Assembly: GCA_013239625.1 (NCBI GenBank)
Contig: MU054187.1
Span: 20,180,897-20,244,896 of the forward strand
Source of the DNA: Lama guanicoe
Lineage: Eukaryota
Length of the DNA stretch: 64,000 nt
Direction: 5' to 3'
Of this stretch, positions 1 through 11,335 are shown piece by piece (within the stretch, counting starts at the first letter, position 1; each line of letters begins with the position of its first letter). The notes under the pieces were generated by a model. It saw only the letters and a program-made list of their open reading frames with translations, did not search any database and had not been told where the DNA came from. A program made the translations under genes and the position numbers.

Positions 1-47
1 TCCATCATAAATAAATAAATAAAACCTTTAAAAAGAACAAAAAAAAT
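1..47 (+). mobile_element. 3' tail of a tRNA-derived SINE cut by the window edge
   Basis: tccatcataaataaataaataaaacc plus A-rich tail resembles the 3' part of the SINE copies at 47514-47674 and 50945-51034. Confidence 0.5.
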
Positions 48-584
48 CATCTAAAATAGGAAACTTCACCTATTTCAGACAAGATTGCTCCTCAAATATT
101 TCATACTGTAATGATATGAACGCATTTTTATTAATGGGTGTCTAATGTAAAATATCATCTATTAACAAAATAGTGAATTTTTAAGACCATAGCATAAATC
201 AGACTATAGAATTCATCCCTACTTTTGTTTTAGACTCTTATTAGAAATTCCATAGACAGCCTACTGGTTTTGTAGGTGAAAATGTATCACTCTTTATTTA
301 TATGTCTTGTTTGGTCAGAATCCTATTTTCAACCTTATTATTGAATGTCTGCTCAGCATCATTCATGAATTTACTAATTCAAGTGCCGACCAGAAGTGCT
401 GAATTAAAAGGCAGATCTTCCGCATTCCAGTACACAAAGAAGCAAATCTAATTACAAGGTGGGAAGTCTGGATGAAGGAGACTAGCAGAAAGCTAAGAAT
501 TACTGGGGCAGGGAGTAGAGACAGATTATTTCCCATACATCCACCTTATTTATTATGTATACAATTACTATGAATTAGATGTTA

Positions 585-715
585 TTATTCCCAGTAGAAT
601 GAAAGCATCACTGAGGTTTGGTGGTTTGTTTTTGTCATGTATCTTGGGACCCTAGAACAATGCCTAACGTAACTATTCAGATATTTGTCAATGAGGGAAA
701 GAATGAATGAAAAAT
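585..715 (+). mobile_element. L2 LINE 3' end fragment
   Basis: cctagaacaatgcc...atatttgtcaatga...gaatgaatgaa, typical L2 terminus. Confidence 0.6.
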
Positions 716-1764
716 GAAAGAGGAAACAGAAAGATAAATGATTGGCTACATAGATTTTCATGTAGAAAGAGGTAACTGAAGTTCAGAGAGATGGCCACTC
801 ACCTTAGATCATCACATGAATTTACTCTAAGTGTATGTCTTGGGCCAAGAAAATGTATTTTGCAAACTTTATTTGAAATCAGATATAGTAACAAGGTCAA
901 GATAACTTTGTGAAGAATTAAAATAAACTCTCAATAATATGTTCTGATTCAAGGTCTTTTATTCTTCTTTACCATAGACAAAAGTCTTAAATTTATTCCA
1001 TTTCAAGGGCTACACTCTTTTGAAAACTCTACCCTTTAAATATAGTAATAACTAGTACATCTCATACTCCCAGTGGTCCTTCAGCACAATAATGCTGGGG
1101 ATTAATAGCATAATTTCTAAACAAGATAAATTTCAAAGAACATGCAGGCCTTTGCTAGGTAGCAGAATACTGAACTTCATCTAAATTTAAGAACTATTGC
1201 CTGCATCAAAGTTTGTGAATCATACCTCTATTGACAGACTGCTCAGTAAACCTAAGAAACCTTTAGTAAACTTATTTTAAACCATGTCCAGTTTATGATG
1301 ATGTTCAGTAAAATGTCCATCTTGCTTTGACTATATTCCACTTAATTTAACTGAAGATATTTCAGCCTAGCATTACATATAATTTGAAATGATGCCAACT
1401 CCAGTATTAAAAAAAAATGCTTTTCATCATGACGCTAAATATAAAGATTCCTAAATCAGATACTTAGGAATTTTTTAAGTGAAGATGTTTTACATCTGGA
1501 TATTTTTTTCTTTGTGTGTCCATAGTAATAATAATCCTTGGTTAATGGTCATTTTAATGTTGCAAGTGAGTTTTATTGACTGAAATATTCAGGGTGTACA
1601 CTGACAATTAGAGCAAATACTTGTCATAAATAAAGCTCTACGATCTTACTAAATTTGAATTTACATTGGAAGGATCCATACTAGGTTTAAAAATACTGCT
1701 TTAATAAGTAGACATTGATGCTCCATTTATTTTGCATATGCCTTAACAGACTAGCCAAATTCAC

Positions 1765-1885
1765 CACTCAGTTTGCAGGGATGGAAACAGAACATTAAAA
1801 TAACTTGACAGATCACAAAGGTGGTAAGTAGAAGATGCAATTCAATTCCATGTAGCACGTTTGACTCTAGGGTTCAAACCCTACA
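1765..1885 (-). mobile_element. MIR fragment
   Basis: ggaaacaga...taacttgacagatcacaaag...tttgactctag, antisense MIR core. Confidence 0.55.
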
Positions 1886-2164
1886 GTAATGCCCACAAGG
1901 ATTTTATTTTACATTATTGTACCTGAAATTAAATTAGATAATTTGTCACAGAACTCTCAACCTGCTATGGGATCAAATATCAGGTAATTTAGTGCATATT
2001 ATCTAACAAATATTTTCTTTATAACACAATTTGATAGAGGTGAATGTTTCCATTCGTTGTTAACAGATCTTGAAACTTGACTCATCTGCATTTTCTAATA
2101 TCTGAGTAATTTTTTCCTCTTTACTTTTCAACATAAGGAAAAAAAATTATTGTGTTTTTAGGTA

Positions 2165-2350
2165 GGAGGGACTTTGAAGTCAGAATACCCTGCGTTCCAA
2201 CTGAAGCTTTGTGTGTGTGTGAGAACTTAGGAAAATCGATCAATCTTTCTATCTCTGTGTTTCTTTATCTGTAAACATAGAGATAATACTTACTACATAT
2301 TTTTGCTGAAAGAATTTAAGAAATATAGAATATAAAGCACTTACCAAAAT
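2165..2350 (+). mobile_element. MIR
   Basis: actttgaagtcaga...tctctgtgtttctttatctgtaaacatagagataata...aaagcactta. Confidence 0.7.
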
Positions 2351-2913
2351 TTGATAGAACAGATTTATTTAAAAAAGATAACAGTATCAATAACGTGTCT
2401 CATATTGTTTATATTATATTAGAATTAATAATGACTATAAAAATCTGTCAGGTTAGAAAATCAGCTGCTATATTAAGTCCATTCCAAATATAGATGGTGA
2501 AACTGAGCTTCTACTGATTCATAGTCCACATTTTCCCAATGAAATACTCAGGAAAGTATTGCAAATAAAGCAAATGAAGTATAATATATGAAAATGCTGT
2601 TATTGATAGAGAACCTGCCAGAAATCACAAAAAATAAAAAACAAAAGAATCTCCATTAACCATAGCACTGAGGCAGAGTGGCAGTCCACCCGAGTTGGAA
2701 AGGGTAATTCTACCTACGTATTTAGAAGTTGCAGGTTAAAGGATCTGAATCTGTTTCAACCCTGTCTGCCTTCCCCCGACCCCAACCCTTATACACTCCA
2801 TCAGGCTTTTCAGTTTCTCCCAAAGTTTATTTCCTGGAGCGCTTCTGGGAGATATTAAGATGAGTGATTGGAAAAAAATGACTCAATGAAATAAGGTTAC
2901 ACAATTCAATGGG

Positions 2914-3179
2914 CAGGTCCCAAATACCTTAACTAAAACTGCTGGGAGTGAATTGGAACTAAGATTTTTTTTTCTTTGAATTTTGAGAGGGAATGCAGTT
3001 CTTATGCTACATCTGAGGCAATTCTATGTATGAAAAAATTCACATTAGATGCAAAACGAAGACTACAGATCACCTCACATCAGTTTAGGCTGGATCTTAC
3101 TACCAAATCAGTTACGGCAAAGCAATTTTGATTTCAGGGTTTGGGGCTTTGGAATTGTAGTTAAGGGAATGTGGACTTG
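2914..3179. mobile_element. Tc1/mariner (Tigger-type) MITE
   Basis: Imperfect terminal inverted repeats caggtcccaaataccttaact / agttaagggaatgtggacttg, followed by TA. Confidence 0.65.
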
Positions 3180-3302
3180 TATTGTATTCCTTCCCTTTGA
3201 AAGCCAAAACGAAAGTTTGCACATTAAGTCTCTAAACAGCCTTGCACTATTCGTGCACGGCTTCGAATATGGTTTGACCTTCTGTTGCATGATATTGAAT
3301 CC

Positions 3303-3900
3303 CCTTCATTTATTCCACTAAATATTGACCATGTACCAGGCTTCATGCTAGCAAGAGAGACTCAAGGATGAACAAGACAGATGATGTTCCTGCCCTCGGG
3401 ATACTGATAGCTTAGAAGAAACAAAGGACTCTAAGAGGTCATTACATGGGACAATTAGACCAACTGGGATGAGGGATGATGCAAAGGGTTAGGAGGGAGT
3501 GTGCTCTGAGAGAGCTAAGTGAAGGACCCCACCACGTCTGAGATGGAAGGGGAGCTTTTCTTTGAGAAAATGGTACTGAAGCTGGGAGCTAGGAGGAGGG
3601 TTGGAGGAAGAGGGTCTGAGGGGAGGAGAGTGGGTGGAAAGATGTCTGCGAGGAGAAGCTGGAGCGTTCTCTGGGTACTAGGTTGAGTCAGGGCTTGTGA
3701 ACAATAATTGTGGATTTGGTCCTTTATCCTAATGCCAAGGAAAAGCCAGTGGGGGATTTTAAAATGAATCATCATGCTCAGACTTGCGTTAAAAACATCA
3801 CTGTGTTTTCAGCAAGGGAAATATATCAGAGTGTGGGAGATGAGTTAAGGGCCTATTTTGAGAAATATTGCTTTATCAGCAGCTCTTTGGGGAAGCTGAT
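3303..3900 (-). mobile_element. L2 LINE fragment
   Basis: ttcatttattc...tgtaccagg...gatgaacaagacaga...cctgccctc, purine-rich antisense L2. Confidence 0.65.
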
Positions 3901-4323
3901 TCTGGGACTGCAATTCACAGCAAGGGAGCACAATTGGTGGCCCTTAACACTGGGAATTAAAACTGGAAATGGATGGATGTTGTGTCTGGCAAAAGGTGTC
4001 ATAAGCATAGGCACATGTTAAAGATGGAGAAGGGAAAATCACAAGGCAAGAGGTGGAGGACTGACAATTGTAATAGATGAGAAAACTTACATTTGGATAA
4101 AAAGATGAATAACACATTTAGTAAAGGACAAATATATCTATTTTTTCCAGAAAATATATATTAAATAGTGCTCAAATTCAGTAGCAGTCAAGAAAATGCA
4201 ATTTCTTAAAAATTAAGTGCTAGAATATTTTTATATATATTTATGATAAATATATATAATATATATTTTTAAGAAGACACCAAATGTCAATTCTTACTTT
4301 CCAGTGAGAATTAACTTAATGAG

Positions 4324-4386
4324 AATATATATATATGTATGTATGTATATTCATACATATGTATGTATATATGTATGTATATTCAT
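4324..4386. repeat. (TA)n/(TATG)n microsatellite
   Basis: Directly visible. Confidence 0.85.
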
Positions 4387-5547
4387 GATTTCTGCAATCA
4401 CAATTGCTTATATTTTGAAGTTATGTTACATAAATATTGCAGACTTGAAGTTTAAGAGATAAGGTCAAAATTCATTGATCCAATTCTCTGGGACAAGTCT
4501 GAGACAAACAGTAATGGTGAATTTGAGAAAAAATAAAAATACTTTCTGAAATAACTAAACATTCCAGAAAAGTTCTGAATATTTAATTTTAGGGGTTTAC
4601 CAGGAAACATATACTCTAGAAGCTAGGATGTTAAACTATTAGTATGTAATTTATCACAACAATCATTTAGGGACTTGCTAATGACAACTGATAAAGTAAT
4701 ATTTAAACCTATGCCAGAGGAGACCTTTAAGTTTCCCCCATTTTAGTGAGATCACAATGCAGGAGGTAAGTCCACAGAAATAAACCCAATGTAATAGAAT
4801 TGCAGTGGCCTGCGAGCACATTAAAATTCAATATTAGTATCATATTTCGGATTAAATATTTATAAAGTACAAGCAAAAAGTCTTGTGCTTTTTTGTTTGT
4901 TTTGTCTTTAAGAGCAGCAAAGTTGGTTTTTATTCCTTTGTTCAGGACCATCAATACAAACAGAACATTAATCTGAACCTTCAGAAGCCAGATCAAGAAA
5001 TATATATAAAGCCTGATGAATTTTGTTTGCCTGTCATATGGGTATATCTATACAAGTTCCTTGATAGTATTTTACGTCAAGGGCTTTATAGTGCTGTGCA
5101 GCCTTGGCCTGATAAATGACTCAGAGAGTGTACTTACACTACACTTGCCATTATTTGGATCTAAAAAACTGTAGGATTGAATGCTCTGTAAGTAGCCACT
5201 GCCCTTAGGCAATGGCAGTATTTTTGTACTTTTGTTTAAACCCTTCAAAGGTATGAAATATTTTATAACTAACTGTGTCACAAGAAAGCCTGAAACCAAA
5301 GCCATTTTTAATTGATTCCATCTCCATTTCATGTAATATACAAATTAAAAATCCTCCTCCTCACTCATAGCCACTGAATAAACTAAACAATAGTTTCTGT
5401 GAACAACGCTGTTGATTTAAATTATTACTTCATTGTGATGTTAGAATGGTAAACTGGACATATTTTCTGAGATAAAATTAAACTTGAATCTACTATGATC
5501 ATAGTTTTGCTGTATATATAATTCACCCTTTAAGTTTGCATTTATCA

Positions 5548-6165
5548 CTGGAGAGGGTGTGGAGAAAAGGGAACCCTCCTACACTGCTGGTGGGAATGTA
5601 GTTTGCTGCAGCCATTATGGAAAACACTATGGAGATTCCTCAAAAAACTAAAAATAGACTTACCATATTATCCAGTAATCCCACTTCTGGGTATATATCT
5701 GAAGGGACCTCAAATTCAAAAAGTCACATGCACCCCAAAGTTCATAGCAGCACTATGTACACTAACCAAGACATGGAAGCGACCTAAATGTCCATCGACA
5801 AATGACTGGATGAAGAAGTTGTGGTACATTTATACGGTGGACTACTACTCAGCCATAAAAAAGAATAAAATAATGCCATTTGCAGCAATATGGATGGAAC
5901 TGGAGATCATCCTTTTAAGTGAAGTAAGCTAGAAAGGGAAAGAAAAATACCATATGCTATCACTCATATATGGAATCTGAAAAAAAAGAAAAAAGAGGAC
6001 ACTAATGAACTCATCTACAAAACAGAAACAGACTCGCAGACACAATAAACAATCTTATGGTCACTGGGGGAAAAGGGGTGGGAAGGGATAAATTAGGGAG
6101 TTTGACATTTACAAATGTTAACCACTATATATAAAATAGGTAAAAAACAAATTTCTCCTGTATAG
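5548..6165 (+). mobile_element. Young L1 fragment (ORF2 C-terminus plus part of 3' UTR), truncated at both ends
   Basis: ORF 5603-5932 ([19 protein letters not shown]...TWKRPKCPS...IILLSEVS) is the L1 ORF2 C-terminal region; the UTR matches the copy at 25182-25561. Confidence 0.93.
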
Positions 6166-6187
6166 AAGGATGACCTGGAGATAGAGT

Positions 6188-6716
6188 GGAATGTTATTAT
6201 TCTATCATTATTTATTTTTCAGCTGTAAAAAAGAAGGAAGTCTGCCATTTGCAACAAATGGATGTACCTGGAGGGCATTATGCTAAGTGAAATAACCCAG
6301 AGAAAGACAAATTCTGTGTAATATCACTTGTATGTGGAATCTCAAAAAAAAAAATGTAAATGTTGATTTCATAGAAACAGAATAAAACAGTGGTTGCCTG
6401 GGGCAGAGGGGAGGGGTAATGTGGTGGCATAAGTCAAAGGGTGCATATTTTCAGTTAGAAGAAGAAGTTCTGAGGATCTGTTTTACAGCGTGGTGACTAT
6501 TGTTAATAACATGGTATTGTATGCTTGAAAGTTGCTGAGAGTAGATCTCAAGCATTTTCACCACAAAAAATTCAATTCTCTGAGATGCTGGATGTTTTAA
6601 TTATCTCAATCTTGGTAATTAATCCACAGTTCAAATGTATATCAAATAATTGCATTGTGCGCTTTAAATATATACTGCTACTTCTGTCAATTATTCCTCA
6701 ATAAATTTTTAAAAAT
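6188..6716 (+). mobile_element. Older L1 (L1MA/MB-like) 3' end
   Basis: gccatttgcaaca...gggcattatgctaagtgaaataa...tgtcaattattcctcaataaa. Confidence 0.85.
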
Positions 6717-6726
6717 TCTACTAATT

Positions 6727-6741
6727 GTGTGTGTGTGTATA

Positions 6742-6776
<35 letters not shown>
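6727..6776. repeat. (TG)n(TA)n microsatellite
   Basis: Directly visible. Confidence 0.9.
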
Positions 6777-6779
<3 letters not shown>

Positions 6780-7772
6780 GGGTTCAGTGATCCATTTTAA
6801 TATGTATCTTTGTCCCATAATCTTAGTGGTAGATTCTGGAGTCTCAAAAGTATTATTATTTTGAAAGATATAAAATCAAATAATATCTAAAATAAGCTAC
6901 TGTAAATTTTAACAAAAACAAGACCAACACTTGTGTTAAAATTGTTGAGCAAAAGGTTTCCGATATAATTATGATGTTAACTCTGCAAGTATGCTCTTAG
7001 AGGAGATAATTTAAAAAAGAAAAGAAAAGCAAAATATAATTTAGGAGACATCTAAGGTGCTAAATCATAAATCATAAATTAGGAAGCTCTGGCAAAAGGA
7101 GATTCCCCAAGTCTCCCACCGAAGGAAGGCAAAGAAATTCCTGACGTTTCTCATAATAGAAAAAACTTACTGATGCACACTTACAGATAAGAGTCTCACC
7201 GTGAAAAGCAAGTTGGAAACCACTTGGTTACAGCAGAGGGAACCAAGTCCACACGCTGGATAGCAGGAGCTTACTTGGACCAGGTTTAGTTGCGAGAGAC
7301 AGTGTAGGGACTGCAAATCAAAGTATCTGTCTCTCTGGCACTGGGGAGAAGAGAAAGTTTTCATTGTGAACAACGGTGATCTGCCCATCTCCGTTATTGA
7401 AGGATGTTGAAAACTAATGAGCCCACAGGCAAAAAAATCTTTGGTCACAAGGGTAATTCTTGTTCACTTCAAACACTCTTCTCCATGTGAACCTCTAAAC
7501 CAGTCTTTTACCTACAAGTGATCACAAAGAAATCAATACAGGATCCGAATGTTACTATAAAAGGAGGAGGAATGTAAAAGATAAATGAAGGGCAGATGAA
7601 GAATGTCAAATAGAAGATATATATGTTGCCAAGGAGAAGATAAAAACTGTGTCCAATTAGTTTTGGAACACTTAAAAACACAGTTAATGAAGCAATTGAA
7701 ATTAAATGAAAAGTGGAATTATTAAAAAAAAAGGTGAGCTGGAAGAGCTCAGGCAATGAGGAAAAGTAAATT

Positions 7773-8036
7773 TAGCTGACCCTTGAACAACTTGTGGGAA
7801 TCGAGGTAGGGGAAGGGAGAGGTTTGGAGCAAGGACCTTCCTGAGCTGGTGAAAATCTATCTTCATATGATTTATAGTTGTCTCTGTGTATCCACGTTTC
7901 CTCCATGACCACAGTTCTGAATCCATGGATTGAACCAAGCTCAAGATCATGGAGGACTGTACAATTTACTATTGAAAAATTTTTGCATCTAAGTAGACTG
8001 GCACTGTTCAAACCCATGTTATTCAAGGATCAGCTG
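7773..8036. mobile_element. MER8-like Tigger2-family MITE
   Basis: TIRs tagctgacccttgaacaac ... gttattcaaggatcagctg, followed by TA. Confidence 0.85.
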
Positions 8037-9539
8037 TATGTTACCAGTCTCCCTATTAGTCCGTGTCATGATGGAGCATTCCTCCAAATGATGTGGGGTG
8101 TTGATATTTTGGGGATGACATGTGCAAAGGAGAGGGTGCATATGATCCCTGCCTTCCCACGGCTCTCCTAGGGTGCTCCATGAAGGGGCGGGGCATCTTC
8201 AGGTCTGGACATCATTCCAGGCATCTGTATTTGGGCCCCATTTAAACCCTTTTAGTGACCTCATGTTTATATTAGGCATACACCAGCTGCAATGAGGACT
8301 TTAATCCCTCTGACAAGTCATCACACGCAGAGGAATATGTCACTGAGATTCACACAATTATAGAGGCATTTGGGAGAGAAAGGTATAATTTACTGCCTGG
8401 CATTTTGAAAAGATTTGACTGAAATGTTTGTCTTTTAGAAGCAATCAGGTGGACACAAGGCATTTAGAATGAGGTTTTGAGAACTTTGTCAGTCTGTCTA
8501 TAGGATGTAAAATTGAACTTTCTGTTCTGGGTATTTGAAACATAGATGTTTATCGTGTTTACCTACCCAAATCTGTGTAGCAGAGAAACACTCCCAAATG
8601 TTTTGAACACAGCAGCATTTCTGTGAGCATGCTAGGAGCACGAAAAGCCTTCATGGAAAACTAGATCACTTTTATAAATTGCCATTATAACATCGTGAGC
8701 TAGCCCAGAGATACGCTCTTCCTAGAAAGGGCGACGTTTCTGTGACTTAGCATATTTTTAATATTTATTGAAGAATAAAAGAAAATATCTTTAACACTTA
8801 TTCCATTGACGTAAAAGAGAGAAAAATTATCTTATCAAACAGAAATGATCTGAGACACGAAAACTAAGATTATAATAGCATTAATCAGCAGAGATAAAGC
8901 ATGAGAAATACACTGCTGTTCTCTTTATATTAGAAAAATAACAATTTAAAAGGCATGTAGGCTCTTAAAGTCTAATCTCTCTTTTTCTCTCTCTCACACT
9001 TGTGGTGCTCTTCTCTGTGGAAAGACTGAAAAATAATGCAAAAGAGCAATTTGCTAGGTTGAAAGAATGAACTTGATAGTTTCTAAGAACTTAAGAGACA
9101 GATCAATGCATTGCATCATTTCAAATCCTGTGACTACTTTGTTTTGAACTCAACACTTCTTTGTGTCTCACCACACTTCCCCCAGCATTTTCCACTGGGA
9201 GAATGCTGTTTTATGACTAAAATTTAACTTGTATGTAAACACAGAGAATGAACATAAATTCAGTAATTGCCCTCTACAAAGTGGTAGTTGAAAAGTCTAG
9301 GAGAGCAGCATTCTCTGACAACACAAATGTATTTTATGGCCATGGAGTTTGCCACTGACGTGTTAATTATTCACACCATTATGGAAATATTTTTCTTCAA
9401 TAGGTGCAGTCATCCATTTATCCACTGAATAATAAAAGAACTAAAAAGAAATTCAGATAAAGGGCAAAATTTCTGAGAGTTTACAGGAGAGCGGGACCAC
9501 GTTTAATTGAATCAGAGTGTGATATGAGTTTGACTAGTG

Positions 9540-9640
9540 CAGAGATCAGCAAACTATGGGCCACAAGTCACATGCAGCCCACTGCCCTTCTGTATGACCC
9601 AGAAGAGTAAAATGATTTTTTACATCTTTAAAATATGGTT
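9540..9640 (+). mobile_element. MER58-like hAT/Charlie fragment
   Basis: cagagatcagcaaactatgggcc...aatgattttttacatcttt resembles the MER58 left end. Confidence 0.65.
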
Positions 9641-9799
9641 ACTTTATATGCTTCAAGAGGTATCTGTTGTGCTCTGTGTGGAATTTAGAACCCCAGTGGG
9701 TGGGTGAGTGATATTTATTTGAGTCAGAAATTTCATTTTTATGACCAGAAGGATAATTTGCTCAACTCCATGGGTACCACAAAGAACCAAACATTGGGA

Positions 9800-10075
9800 A
9801 ATAGGGCACAGCCTGGAGAATCAGAAAGAACATGGTTCAAATTCTATCCCTCCTTCTTTAATAAAACTGGGCAGCATCACGGAGCAAGGCCAGGGCCTCC
9901 AAAATGCAAGCTGTGTGGTATTGAATGTGATATTTCGCCTTTGTGAGTCCGAAGTTCCTCTTCTGTGAGCAATGATTAAAAATATGTGACTCAAAGAATT
10001 ATTGAAAGTATTCAGCACTATAATATGTGTGGGAATAGCTGGCTTAGAGACTGACACATAGGCATTCAATACTTA
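9800..10075 (+). mobile_element. MIR (degenerate)
   Basis: ctggagaatcagaaagaacatggttcaaattc...gttcctcttctgtga...tgacacataggcattcaata. Confidence 0.6.
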
Positions 10076-11184
10076 ATTTTGCTAAATGCATTCATTATTT
10101 ATTATATTATTAATTTCCCACTTTTTTCATTTATCTTCCTTTTCTATTTTAAAATCATTTGAAAACCAATTTACATTTCTTTGTTGCCTAATGGATTTTA
10201 AATACTAATCACGCAAAGGAATGAGTTAAACTGTCCTAAAATAGAAAAGAACACATGAAATTAAATATAAAAAGATAAGGATTCAAGAAAAATGTGGAGT
10301 AAAGGAGGATTTAAGAAGGAACTTGCAAAAGTTGTTAGAATAGATGATTCCCCCATCCATAAGCCAATATAATTAAAATAATTTGATTTTAAAATGTGTG
10401 CACTTATTTTTGTTTAATATTTGGAAAGGTAGGCTAGTGAATCAAGTTATTTAATTATGTAACAATATGCCACGTAGACAGTCTAAGGTTGGAGGGTTAG
10501 AAGAAGTTGGGTTACTTTGAAATAACTGCATTGCTTTTTAATGACTGTATTTTAAAATCATGAACAAAACAAACCTCAGGGAAAGAAAAATATTTGCTAA
10601 TTTATAATAGGCTATTTGAGGAAATATGCTGTTTGTATAGTTTTATCTCACACTAAAATACAGTGAAAGAAACCTAGAAGGGAAAAAAGTGAAATGAGGG
10701 TAAATCTGTACACAATCTGAGATGAATTTTTTTTGACAAAAATTATGAAAGTCTATTCCCGGTACATAAGTGGCTGAGTAATGTTTGCATGAAAATCTAC
10801 ATAAGCATAAAAATATTAAACTATTCATAACTATATGTAGAGAACTTGAAAATCGTATGTGAACTATTTCAGGCACCCTCGTTCTTGTCATTGTTTCATG
10901 GATGAAGAAATTCGTTCAGGGAGTATTAAGTAATATTTTTATGAACAGGTGGCCAAAACATGACATCATTAGCTAAAAAAAAAAAGAAGAATAGATGATA
11001 TTTTCAGGCTCCAGTCTATAAAACTCTTATGTGGATCATTTCACTTGTCTGAAATGACTCTTTAGAAATATTAAGGAAGACAGTAAGCAAACAAATAAGC
11101 ATAATGAAGAGAGGATATTCTTATTTTCTAACCTAAATTAAATTTGGGGAGATATTGATGTAGCCTAGAAAACAAAGCAAAACT

Positions 11185-11335
11185 AAGCTAGGCACTGGAA
11201 GTTCAAGTGGCTGAATTTTATCCCTGATTTGTTACACTTTAATAAATTTGTGACCTTGAAAAAATAACCTAATTCTTCCAGTACCTGGTTTCACCATATA
11301 TTAAATGAGGAGGCTCAATAAAATCATTTCCTTGG
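11185..11335 (+). mobile_element. MIR fragment
   Basis: tgtgaccttgaaaaaataacctaa...ggtttcaccatatattaaatgagg. Confidence 0.6.

Noticed and set aside
5603..5932. 109-aa ORF as a protein-coding gene
   Set aside because: It is the L1 ORF2 C-terminal remnant of a truncated element; the same applies to 17843-18040 and 38833-39072
7060..7770. Possible HAL1/L1 ORF1-like remnant or processed pseudogene
   Set aside because: Purine-rich and suggestive, but too decayed to assign by eye
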